This document shows positions 29,807-38,746 of a stretch of DNA of 64,000 nt, piece by piece. Both the position numbers and the translations under genes were made by a program. The notes below the pieces were generated by a model. The model was not told the origin of the DNA. It saw only the letters and a list, made by a program, of their open reading frames with translations, and did no database searches. The stretch's first letter is position 1. Every line of letters starts with the position of its first letter. The stretch spans positions 32,001 through 96,000 of the forward strand of contig CAVXAT010000004.1 in assembly GCA_963759805.1 (NCBI GenBank), in the 5' to 3' direction. This DNA is from an uncultured bacterium. GTDB taxonomy: Bacteria; Babelota; Babeliae; Babelales; RVW-14.

Positions 29807-30979
29807 CTATAGACCTATGTGTCTTTTTTCAAGCATCAAAGCATAGGCTTTGCACATAGCCTTTGTCATCTCTTTTTTTACCAGTTCAAAATCTTGGGGT
29901 GTAACCATTGCAGAACTTTTCCTATCTTTGTTAATATTTGATTTGTGCATTTTTGTTAATCCTCCATACTCTTCAAGCGGCATGGAAGGAAGTTTCCAGT
30001 ATGCACCTAAAAAATCAATATTGATGTTATTCATGTCATGACTCAATACAAATATTACACGCATGGTTGCATCATAATGTTTATTATCCATGAGAATAAT
30101 TTTTGATGAAATAAATTCCTCAACCAAAAAATTTTTATTTTTAGTTGAGATCCAGTATTGATATGCCGGATCATCAGGATCTAGGGTGCTTTTATCGACT
30201 AAAATTTTTTTTAACTCCCTGTCAAGCTTGATTCTTTCGACAATTATTATTCCATTGCCGCAGGATGCGTTTAATGGTTTTATTACGTATTTATCGCAAT
30301 TAAGTTTTTTTGCAATATTTCTAGCCAATTTTTTATCATAAATGCATCTGCAGATAATACTTTTGGGACGATATTTTTGGAGTTCCGGATGCTTAAACAA
30401 TTCATTCGTTTCGTATTTACTATTTACAAAAACAGCCGTTGCTTGGTCTGCAATTAAAATATTAGGATGCCGTAAATTGAATTGCGTAAGAAAACTTTTA
30501 CTAAATGATGCCTGGTTTGTGATTACAATTCCGTCATAACTTGAAATTGCACATGTGTTTATAGATGAACTGCTGCCCTTTACATATTTTTTTAAATATT
30601 GGGGATTATCTAATGCTCCAAGTGAGGTGATTAGTTGCCCACCAAATTTTTCTAGATCGTTGAGATTAAAATTGATATTTTTTTTGGCGATGGCGTAATT
30701 TCCCGGAGTTACAATCCAGAATGGTTTTTGAAATTTTGCCAAATATTCCCAAAGGGCTGTCCACGCTTTGCCTTTTCCGTATAATGCATTGTAGCCCTTA
30801 AAGCTTGACCTGGATCCTTGTCCGAATTCGCAAATTTTTATATTTTGGCCATCAAATTTTAGGTCTGCAATGCAAAAAGAGATATCTGCTTGATAATTGC
30901 ACTGGTAAGCACATTGTGCATGACATGAAAAATATGTTCCGGCATAAAGAAATAATAATATTATTACTCGAACAGTCAT
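29807..30979 (-). CDS. secreted ATP-grasp-like protein
   Basis: Signal peptide; VIKP.NAS.GNGI, FLVEEFI, MRV motifs. Confidence 0.6.
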   Translation of the reverse strand: MTVRVIILLFLYAGTYFSCHAQCAYQCNYQADISFCIADLKFDGQNIKICEFGQGSRSSFKGYNALYGKGKAWTALWEYLAKFQKPFWIVTPGNYAIAKKNINFNLNDLEKFGGQLITSLGALDNPQYLKKYVKGSSSSINTCAISSYDGIVITNQASFSKSFLTQFNLRHPNILIADQATAVFVNSKYETNELFKHPELQKYRPKSIICRCIYDKKLARNIAKKLNCDKYVIKPLNASCGNGIIIVERIKLDRELKKILVDKSTLDPDDPAYQYWISTKNKNFLVEEFISSKIILMDNKHYDATMRVIFVLSHDMNNINIDFLGAYWKLPSMPLEEYGGLTKMHKSNINKDRKSSAMVTPQDFELVKKEMTKAMCKAYALMLEKRHIGL

Positions 30980-30991
30980 TTTCCATCCTTT

Positions 30992-32077
30992 TTATGGGTT
31001 TACGCATTCACCAAACTTGAGAGTTTTAATTTTTTTGTTTTGCAAATCTTTTGAAAATTTTTTCTCTGCTTTTTCTAAAGAATTTAGCGCGGTAGCAAAT
31101 AAATCTGTTCCAAGTCCAAACGTTCCCCAGTGCATCGGAATAAATAGGTCGGCATTTAAATCGATAAATGCCTGAACGGCTTCTTCTGCGCTCATGTGAG
31201 CCTTTTTTACAATCGCTCTTGGCTCAATCGGGCCGATTGGCATTAGCGCGATGTCTATTTTTTTAAATTGTGATGCAATTTGTTTATAATGCTCGGCATA
31301 AGCAGAATCTCCTGCAAAATAAATATTTGAATGGTCTGTCTGTATCATCCAACTTCCCCAAAGATATTTATTTATGTCGAACAATCCTCTATTTGACCAA
31401 TGAATAGCGGGTAAAAAATGTAACTTAATTTGCTTATGTTCAAATTTTTCCCACCATGTAAATTCTTGAACTACATTAAAACCCTGTTTAGTGAAAAAAT
31501 GCTTACTTCCCTTCGGGGCAAGTAATATGGTGTTGCTGTTTCTCTTTTGAAGAAAAGCCAAACTTGGTTCATCGACATGGTCTCTGTGCATGTGTGAAAT
31601 AATTATAAGATCGATTTGAGGTAAATCTGCAAGCGGAATCCCAAGTTGCATTTTACGTGGATATGATGGAAATCCCATGTATGTGATATCAAAGAAAACC
31701 GGATCTGTGATAATATTTATATTTTCAACTTGAATTAGAAAAGTTGAGTGTCCTAACCATGTGATCAATGGGGTTTTGCTCGTAGCTACGATTTTTGTTG
31801 TTGTAGTCCAATCTTGGATCTGAAAATTTTCAGGAAAAAAGCTTGACGGAGAATCTACTTTTTGTTTAAAAAATATATTAATACTGTCACTAAAGTGATG
31901 AGGGTCTTCATTTTTATAGTTAAAAAACTGCTTAGAAACTGGATTAAAGTAAGGCATCATAAGATTTGGATTGGGGTTTGATATGGAGCTTGTGATAGGC
32001 GACACCACTGAAAGAGATAAAGTACAACATAATAAAATTGTTAGTAAACAAATTTTTTTAAAAAAATCAAAATTCAT
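30992..32077 (-). CDS. MBL-fold metallo-hydrolase (NAPE-PLD/RomA-like)
   Basis: WLGHSTFLI, TDPVF, ISHMHRDH, PA.HWS.R, YFAGDS, PIG, PMHWGTF. Confidence 0.9.
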   Translation of the reverse strand: MNFDFFKKICLLTILLCCTLSLSVVSPITSSISNPNPNLMMPYFNPVSKQFFNYKNEDPHHFSDSINIFFKQKVDSPSSFFPENFQIQDWTTTTKIVATSKTPLITWLGHSTFLIQVENINIITDPVFFDITYMGFPSYPRKMQLGIPLADLPQIDLIIISHMHRDHVDEPSLAFLQKRNSNTILLAPKGSKHFFTKQGFNVVQEFTWWEKFEHKQIKLHFLPAIHWSNRGLFDINKYLWGSWMIQTDHSNIYFAGDSAYAEHYKQIASQFKKIDIALMPIGPIEPRAIVKKAHMSAEEAVQAFIDLNADLFIPMHWGTFGLGTDLFATALNSLEKAEKKFSKDLQNKKIKTLKFGECVNP

Positions 32078-32289
32078 CTTGAAGACCTCCTGTAGTTAAA
32101 AATGGGTTGAAAACGTTTTATTGTAAATATATTGTTAGACTAACAAAAATCTAGATTGCTGTAAAAGGCACAGTGTTTGCAGGCATTTTTCCAAATCATC
32201 TTGACGCCCTAACTGTAATAATGTTATAACACAATTTAGTTTTATTTTTGATTAGTATTTTAAGACTAAAATTGATGGAAGGGAGATTA

Positions 32290-33695
32290 ATGAGGCATTT
32301 AAATAATTTTCAAAATTTGTTACATATTACTCTCTGTATAATTGTAACAGTTTTAGCTTTTGATAGATGTTCTGCAACGCCACAATTAAGCCAGCAAGAT
32401 CCTTATGTCATTTATTCGGTAAAGTGTTCGGATAAATTTTATGAAAAACGAGATAAGACGTGGTTTAAATTTGATCTTGCTCCTTTTTATGAGCAGACGC
32501 ACTATGCCAGAAATGGAAATGGTCGCAAAGTTCCACTTAATAATATGAATGGTCAATGGAATATGTTGGCTCCGTTTTTTAGTATTGCCTCAATGACACC
32601 GAATACATTTAATGCGACAAACTACCCGAATTTATGGACCTCAAAACAGAACTTACTTATAACTGGTATAGACTATTCGCTGATTACAAATTACATGCCG
32701 GATAATACCATCTACAATGGTGTGCCTGGCAGTCCAATGCAGTCGCTGGTTTCCTTTGGGTCAGGGAAATGTGATTACGAAAAAGTGGGTTTGCGTGGAA
32801 AAATTGGCTTTGAATTTGGATGTGGGGTTGGTATTAATGTAAAAACGGGGGTTGTCGATTATAAGTACACGGGAAGCGTTGGAGCAGCACAACCTCTGCC
32901 GCAGGGACTCAGCCGGCCTCCGACCTTTGGACTGCTCTTTTATCAGATTCTGCAAGTGCGGGTATATTTAATGATCTTGACCTTAATATAAAAAGGGATA
33001 GCAAAACGACATTTGAAGATACGCATGTTGAGCTTTATGCTCAAGTTCCATTTGATTTGAAGGATGCCGGAGAAACGGTTGTAACATTTGCTCCATATTT
33101 TTCGATTGGGGGATGGCTGCCAACCGGTGAGAAAAAGGATTATGAAAAATTCCATTCTCTGCCAACCGGTAACAACGGTCACTACTGTTTAACTCTTGAA
33201 GCTTCTTTGAATTTTGATTTCCCTGGAACCATTCAGCTTAGCGTTGGCGGTGGGGCACTGATTGCCGATACACACGAATATTCCGTTTTCAGATTTCCTA
33301 CAAACCAGTATCAAGAAGGTTTTTATCCTTGGACGACAAGCGTTAAGGAAGAGCCCGGAACTGTTTGGTATTTTAATGCGTCATTTAAGGCAGAAAAGTT
33401 TATGTATGATTTATCCTTTTATTTTGATTACGTTTACACATATCACGACAAAGATGAGATTACAATTCAAGAGCCTTCAGACGGTGTGAATTCTATAACA
33501 AGAAGGAATGCGTTTGAACAAATGAAGCCAAGTTATCTTGATCGAACCATCTGGAAGGATCAACAGTTTAATGCCGGATTGGGCTATAGAATAACTGACA
33601 ATCTTACATTAGGGTGCGCACTTCAAACACACATTAGTGGTATAAGGGTGTTTAAGAATACCACCGCAATGGCATCCATTGATTTGACGTTCTAG
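32290..33695 (+). pseudogene. putative outer-membrane beta-barrel protein split by a frameshift (paralog of 22500-24422)
   Basis: Second frame reads on through about 32890-33057 (GTQPASDLW...TTFEDTHVELY) into the 212-aa ORF; PTG...G.NGH motif; C-terminal IDLTF. Confidence 0.72.
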
Positions 33696-33744
33696 CTGTT
33701 AAAAGAGAAGTTTGTTTATGAGAGCACCCAAAAGGAGTTTTGAT

Positions 33745-35100
33745 ATGAGAATAAGTAAAATTTTACTTAACTTGCTTGTTACTTTTTGTCTGTTTGCTAA
33801 AGCATCGTCACATAATGTTGAAGTAGTAAAATCTACTTCGACTAAAACCCCAAAAACTACGGCAGCATGGACAGTTTTGGTGTACATGGATGCCGATAAT
33901 AGTCTTGCTTCATATGCTTCTTACAACATGAATGATATGTCTGCAGGGCTTGCTTCATTGGATGGAATCAATCTTCTTGTTCAATGGGATAAACCAAATA
34001 GCAAAGAGACCTAGCGTTGTGAAATAACCCCGGGGGGTAAGGTTGATGTCGGATCTTTTCCAATAGAAATGGGGGCTAACCCTTCAAATGAGATAGTTAA
34101 ATCAATGCAATGGATTGTTAGTAATTATCCTGCGAATAATTATGCTCTTATACTTTGGAACCATGGGAGTGGGGTAGAGGATTTTTATCCGGATGTTCGA
34201 AATATAGCCAGAAATGTAAGCAATAGTTCCGGGTGGTTACATTTGCTGCCATCTCTTCCAACGCGTGGGGTGTTGTACGATGATGAAGAACAGACATGTT
34301 TAACAAATCCGGGATTGGTTAGCGCACTGAGCAAAATAAAACAGATGCTTGGAAAAAATCTTGATTTAATAGCAATGGACGCATGTTTAATGTCAATGGT
34401 AGAAGTTGTTTATCAAATGAAAGGGTTGGTAAATTTATTTGTTGGTTCACAACAAACCATTCCCGGCAATGGATATCCATATTCAAAATTCATAAAACCT
34501 TTATCGCTCAATCCTGCGGGCACAAGTCCATTGCAATTGGCGCAAAGTATGGTATCGGCATACAAGAGTTTTTATACCACACAGCTGCCGGTATCGGATT
34601 TCACGCTATCTGCAATTGATGTGACGTCAATTGATTTAATAAAACAGAACATTGATCAGTTTATTACAGCGGTTGCGGCTTGTGCTAAAATTGATGCCGC
34701 TAGTACGAAAAATATGATTCTTTCTGCCCGAAAGGCATCAATCTCTTTTGAAATGCCGGAATATATTGATATTCATTCGTTTTATGCCAATATTTTGAAT
34801 CAAACTAAAAAAACAACTTCAAAGTCGTTACTAATTTTGGCAAAACAGGATAAGAAAGCAAAACCAACTCCAACCAAAGAGTATCAAGCTGCTTTAGATA
34901 CTCTGGATGCCGTTATACAGGATGGTTTGACCAAAATTTCTAAGGTGGTTTTACAAGAAGTTGTCGGCCCTGTTTATGCCGGGGCAAAAGGTATTTCGAT
35001 TTATTATCCTAGTTCCGGACAGATTGATCTGTCTTATAAGCAGACAATTTTCGCACAAAGCACATCTTGGATGCAATTTGTGCAGCATTATCATCAGTAA
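33745..35100 (+). pseudogene. clostripain-like cysteine peptidase (C11) with in-frame TAG
   Basis: WTVLVYMDADNSL, LWNHGSG and MDACLM catalytic motifs; the two ORFs are in the same frame, separated only by TAG at 34012-34014. Confidence 0.85.
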
Positions 35101-35123
35101 ATATTAAATATTTTAGATAACAA

Positions 35124-35157
35124 AAAACGGGTAGGGTTTTTATAGCCTACCCGTTTT
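35124..35157. terminator. bidirectional terminator
   Basis: aaaacgggtagg / cctacccgtttt between convergent genes. Confidence 0.85.
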
Positions 35158-35183
35158 GTTATTCGATAATTTTAGCGATATTC

Positions 35184-35639
35184 TTATTTAGTTTCTGTTG
35201 CTTCTGGAGTTTCTGCATGTTTGTGCGTTTTGTGCTCTTTGTGAGTCTTGTGTTCTGTTTTCTTTTTTCCATGATGGCATTTAACTTTATGTTCTTTGCA
35301 CTCTGGACATACACATTCTTTGTCTTTGCATTTGGCGCAGGTTACCCCTTCATGATGTTTGCATTTAGCCATGTGATGTTTGCATTTGGCTTTATGAGGA
35401 CATTTAGCTTTATGCTCTATGCATTTTGGACATTCACATGCTTTATCTTTGCATTTTGCACAGGTCCCTTCATGATGCTCGCATTTAGCCTTGTGATGGA
35501 CGCATTTTTCATGATGCGTGCCTTTTACCTCTTTGGCATGACGACGGTGGTGGCTCTCCTTTTCTGTTTTTTCAGCCGACGCATACAAGCCGGCAAATGC
35601 TAACGAACAAATGGCCGCTGCCATAAGTAATTTTTTCAT
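35184..35639 (-). CDS. small secreted His/Lys/Cys-rich repeat protein
   Basis: MKKLLMAAAICSLAFAGLYA signal; HKAKC and CAKCKDK.C.CP.C repeats; AAGGG RBS. Confidence 0.8.
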   Translation of the reverse strand: MKKLLMAAAICSLAFAGLYASAEKTEKESHHRRHAKEVKGTHHEKCVHHKAKCEHHEGTCAKCKDKACECPKCIEHKAKCPHKAKCKHHMAKCKHHEGVTCAKCKDKECVCPECKEHKVKCHHGKKKTEHKTHKEHKTHKHAETPEATETK

Positions 35640-35857
35640 AACATATCCCTTTCTACGAAACCAACAATCAGGAAACACTCCTGTCCAAAAATAGCAATAT
35701 TTTGGTGCAAAAAGCAAATATTTACTTATAAAGATAAAAACATATGTATTTGTGATATAAAATTGGCATGGAGATTCTTTTGCTTTTCAAGTATTTTTTG
35801 TTACTCTTTGATTTTGGGTTTATTGAATAAATTGCATAATTCCTGGAAGAATATCTT

Positions 35858-37306
35858 ATGAAGTTTTTGTTCAAGCGTCGTAATTATTTACCAATTATAT
35901 CTATTTTCTTATGTTCGTTTGCACTGAATTACGGTGCTGATATTGATGAATCCAAAAAATCTGACTTAGGCCTGCCAAAGCTTATGGGTGTTGCAATTGC
36001 CGAATTTCAAAATTCCGGTGCTGCAACGGTAAAAAATAGCAACTGGGCTAGGTGGGAAGAGTTATATAGTCCGGACCATCATACGATTCACGATGGTCAA
36101 AAATCTGGGCTTTCTTGTGATCTGTGGAATAATTACAAAAATGATATTGCGTTGATAAAAAAACTTGGAATGAATGCGTGTCGCTTTTCGCTTGACTGGA
36201 GCATGATCGAACCAAATCAAGGACAAATTGATCAAGCTGCAGTGCAACATTATCACGATATGATTGATGAAATGCTCAGGCAGGGAATTACCCCAATGGT
36301 TACCCTGCATCATTTTGTTCACCCGCAATGGTTTGAGGATATGGGTGCATTTGAAAAAGTTGCCAACTTGGGTTTTTTTGTAAATTTTTGTACAGAGATG
36401 TTTAGACAGTTTTCGAGCAAGGTAAAATTGTGGTGCACAATTAATGAGCCTGCGCCATATGTTTTTCAAGGTTATATCAGCAAAGCTTTTCCTCCAGGGA
36501 TTTGTGACTTGCAACGTGCAGGAACCGTGTTGCGCAACATGTTGCTTGTCCATGTACTTGTATATCGAGTGCTCAAATCTATGCCAGGAGGGCAAAGTGC
36601 TCAAATTGGACTTGTACACCAATACCTAACCTTTGAGCCTTATAATAAATGGAATTTGATTGAAAAAATACCGACAATCTTTCTTAACTATATTTTTAAC
36701 GATGTTATATTGAATTTTTTGAAAACGGGAAATTTTTCGTTCTCAATTCCATTAGTTGCTAGCGTTACAACAAATAGCGAAGCCAAAGTTTTTAAAGGCC
36801 TTGAATCATTGCCCGGGTTTAATCTTAAAGATCGTCCCTATTTTGATTTTATTGGTTTAAATTTTTATTCACGCGTTGTTATCCAGCAGCATTACTGGAA
36901 CATTTTCAGTGATGGAGCTATTACACCATCCTGCAGGCAGGGGGAGATTATGACTGATGCACAGTATCCAATATATGCCGAAGGACTTTACAATGCGATC
37001 TGCGATGTAGCGCAATTTAATGTGCCAATTTATATCACAGAAAATGGAATCGCAGATGCAAAAGATGATCGCAGGGAAACATTCTTTAAAGAGTATTTAA
37101 GCGCAATGTCACGAGCAATCAAGGACGGATACGATGTTCGTGGATGGTTCTACTGGACGCTAATGGATAATTTTGAATGGGATAATGGCTTCAGTCAAAA
37201 ATTTGGTTTATATGAGGTTGATTTTCAAACAAAGGAACGTACACTGCGCAAAAGTGCTTTGTGGCTACAGTCGCTGCTTAAACCAAACTCGTTGCAGATT
37301 TCTTGA
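35858..37306 (+). CDS. glycoside hydrolase family 1 (beta-glucosidase-like), exported
   Basis: RFSLDWS, TLHHF, TINEP, YITENG, DNFEW motifs. Confidence 0.95.
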   Translation: MKFLFKRRNYLPIISIFLCSFALNYGADIDESKKSDLGLPKLMGVAIAEFQNSGAATVKNSNWARWEELYSPDHHTIHDGQKSGLSCDLWNNYKNDIALIKKLGMNACRFSLDWSMIEPNQGQIDQAAVQHYHDMIDEMLRQGITPMVTLHHFVHPQWFEDMGAFEKVANLGFFVNFCTEMFRQFSSKVKLWCTINEPAPYVFQGYISKAFPPGICDLQRAGTVLRNMLLVHVLVYRVLKSMPGGQSAQIGLVHQYLTFEPYNKWNLIEKIPTIFLNYIFNDVILNFLKTGNFSFSIPLVASVTTNSEAKVFKGLESLPGFNLKDRPYFDFIGLNFYSRVVIQQHYWNIFSDGAITPSCRQGEIMTDAQYPIYAEGLYNAICDVAQFNVPIYITENGIADAKDDRRETFFKEYLSAMSRAIKDGYDVRGWFYWTLMDNFEWDNGFSQKFGLYEVDFQTKERTLRKSALWLQSLLKPNSLQIS

Positions 37307-37376
37307 TTAAAAATGTTTTATGCGATTAAAATAAACGCGAATAAATTTGCACGCATCAAAACAGAGGGATTTTTAA

Positions 37377-37985
37377 ATGATAAGTTATTTATCCGGTAAA
37401 ATAAAAGATGTTTCGGAAAAAACCGTTACATTGTTGGTTAATGACATTGGTTTTTTGTTATATGTCCCTCAGGCCGGATCATTGCATAAAGATAGTGCTG
37501 CAGAATTTTTTACGTACCTGCATTGGAATCCGGAGAACGGTCCCAGTTTTTATGGATTTCAAACAGATCTTGATCGTAAAGTTTTTTTAATGATAATAGA
37601 CTGTCCCAAAATTGGTCCTTCAATTGCGTTAAGCGTTTTATCCCAAATGAGTGCTAGCGAATTTTTGAATATTGTTAGTTCACAAAACGAAAAAATGCTG
37701 AGCAGCGTCAATGGAATTGGTGCAAAAAAAGCTGAACAGATCATTGTTACATTAAAACACAAGGTTACAAAAATGTTGGCCTCAGGTCAGATTTCGGCTA
37801 GTGAGAGCCAACAGGAATTTGTGCATTGGCAAAATGTTTCAGAGGTTTTGGCATCCCTTGGGTATTCTAAGCAAGAGACGTCCCAGGCGTTGCAACATCT
37901 GACCCAAAAATATACCGGTGAAAATATTTCGCTGGACCATCTTATTCGATCTGCTCTTACGTATCTTACTTCAAATAAAGTATAA
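37377..37985 (+). CDS. ruvA: Holliday junction branch migration protein RuvA
   Basis: MISYLSGK, YGF, IGPSIAL..L, GIG.KKAEQI, L.SLGY. Confidence 0.93.
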   Translation: MISYLSGKIKDVSEKTVTLLVNDIGFLLYVPQAGSLHKDSAAEFFTYLHWNPENGPSFYGFQTDLDRKVFLMIIDCPKIGPSIALSVLSQMSASEFLNIVSSQNEKMLSSVNGIGAKKAEQIIVTLKHKVTKMLASGQISASESQQEFVHWQNVSEVLASLGYSKQETSQALQHLTQKYTGENISLDHLIRSALTYLTSNKV

Positions 37986-37990
37986 AAATC

Positions 37991-38728
37991 ATGTTACTGA
38001 TACCATTCTGCAAAATTAATGAACCATGCTTGCCCGCTCGTGGTGAGTGTTTTTTGCAGGCCGCACCCTTCGATACGCCTCGCGGCGCTCGGCACTCAGG
38101 GCGAGCGGCCAAAAAAAATGTATCGAACCATGCGGGCATAAAATTTACTTTGAATCGGATCCAGAAATCATTTAGTTTAATTGAGATTCTGATTTTCTTA
38201 AGCCTGATTTTAGTTCTTGCTGCAGTTGCCGTGCCTAGGCTTGATTTTTTTAATAAATATCTCTTATCGCATGAGATGGATAAGCTTTTTGTAACATTTT
38301 CTTACTTGCAACAAAAAGCGATTGCCGGTAATAAAAAATACTCTATTATTTTTGATCAGATAAATAATCGCTACACTTATCAGGTTGAGAATTCACAGGC
38401 TGAAAGCTCAAATATTACAGTACAGTTGTCTGATGGCGTTAGATTCGGATTTATTGATGGGGTTATGGGGCCCCCAAGCAGCCCAACTAAAAAGATCGAA
38501 AAAGCCATAAATCTAGAAAAGATTATTAATAATTCAGATAGAAAACAAGAGGGAGAGCCTGTGGATAGAGTGAGCTTCTGGCCGGACGGCCGTATTTCAC
38601 ACGGTACCATTTATTTAGTAGATAAATCTTATAAATATATGGGCGCTTTAACTTGTTCCGTATCTCAGGTATCATATATACGTAGATACAGATACGAAAA
38701 TTTACAATGGAAAATCTTGAGCAAATAA
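37991..38728 (+). CDS. type IV pilin/pseudopilin-like protein (GspH/FimT-like)
   Basis: KS|FSLIEILI...VP prepilin motif, F.PDG...GTIYL; start uncertain (37991 ATG or TTG near 38150). Confidence 0.78.
   Translation: MLLIPFCKINEPCLPARGECFLQAAPFDTPRGARHSGRAAKKNVSNHAGIKFTLNRIQKSFSLIEILIFLSLILVLAAVAVPRLDFFNKYLLSHEMDKLFVTFSYLQQKAIAGNKKYSIIFDQINNRYTYQVENSQAESSNITVQLSDGVRFGFIDGVMGPPSSPTKKIEKAINLEKIINNSDRKQEGEPVDRVSFWPDGRISHGTIYLVDKSYKYMGALTCSVSQVSYIRRYRYENLQWKILSK
38031..38138. repeat. nested palindromic elements (family A)
   Basis: Outer ccgctcg-TGG-tgagtg...gtatcgaa-CCA-tgcgg contains an inverted inner copy (38059-38110) ccgctcg-CCC-tgagtg...gtatcgaa-GGG-tgcgg. Confidence 0.85.
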
Positions 38729-38746
38729 GATTTGCATGGACTTTTA

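Noticed and set aside
34012..34014. Stop-codon reassignment or pyrrolysine readthrough of TAG
   Set aside because: TAG terminates several ordinary genes here (e.g. ends at 2463, 6359, 10528, 33695) and no other gene has internal TAGs; a nonsense mutation is simpler
35217..35603. 128-aa Phe/Met-rich ORF on the + strand
   Set aside because: Antisense shadow of the His/Lys/Cys repeat gene
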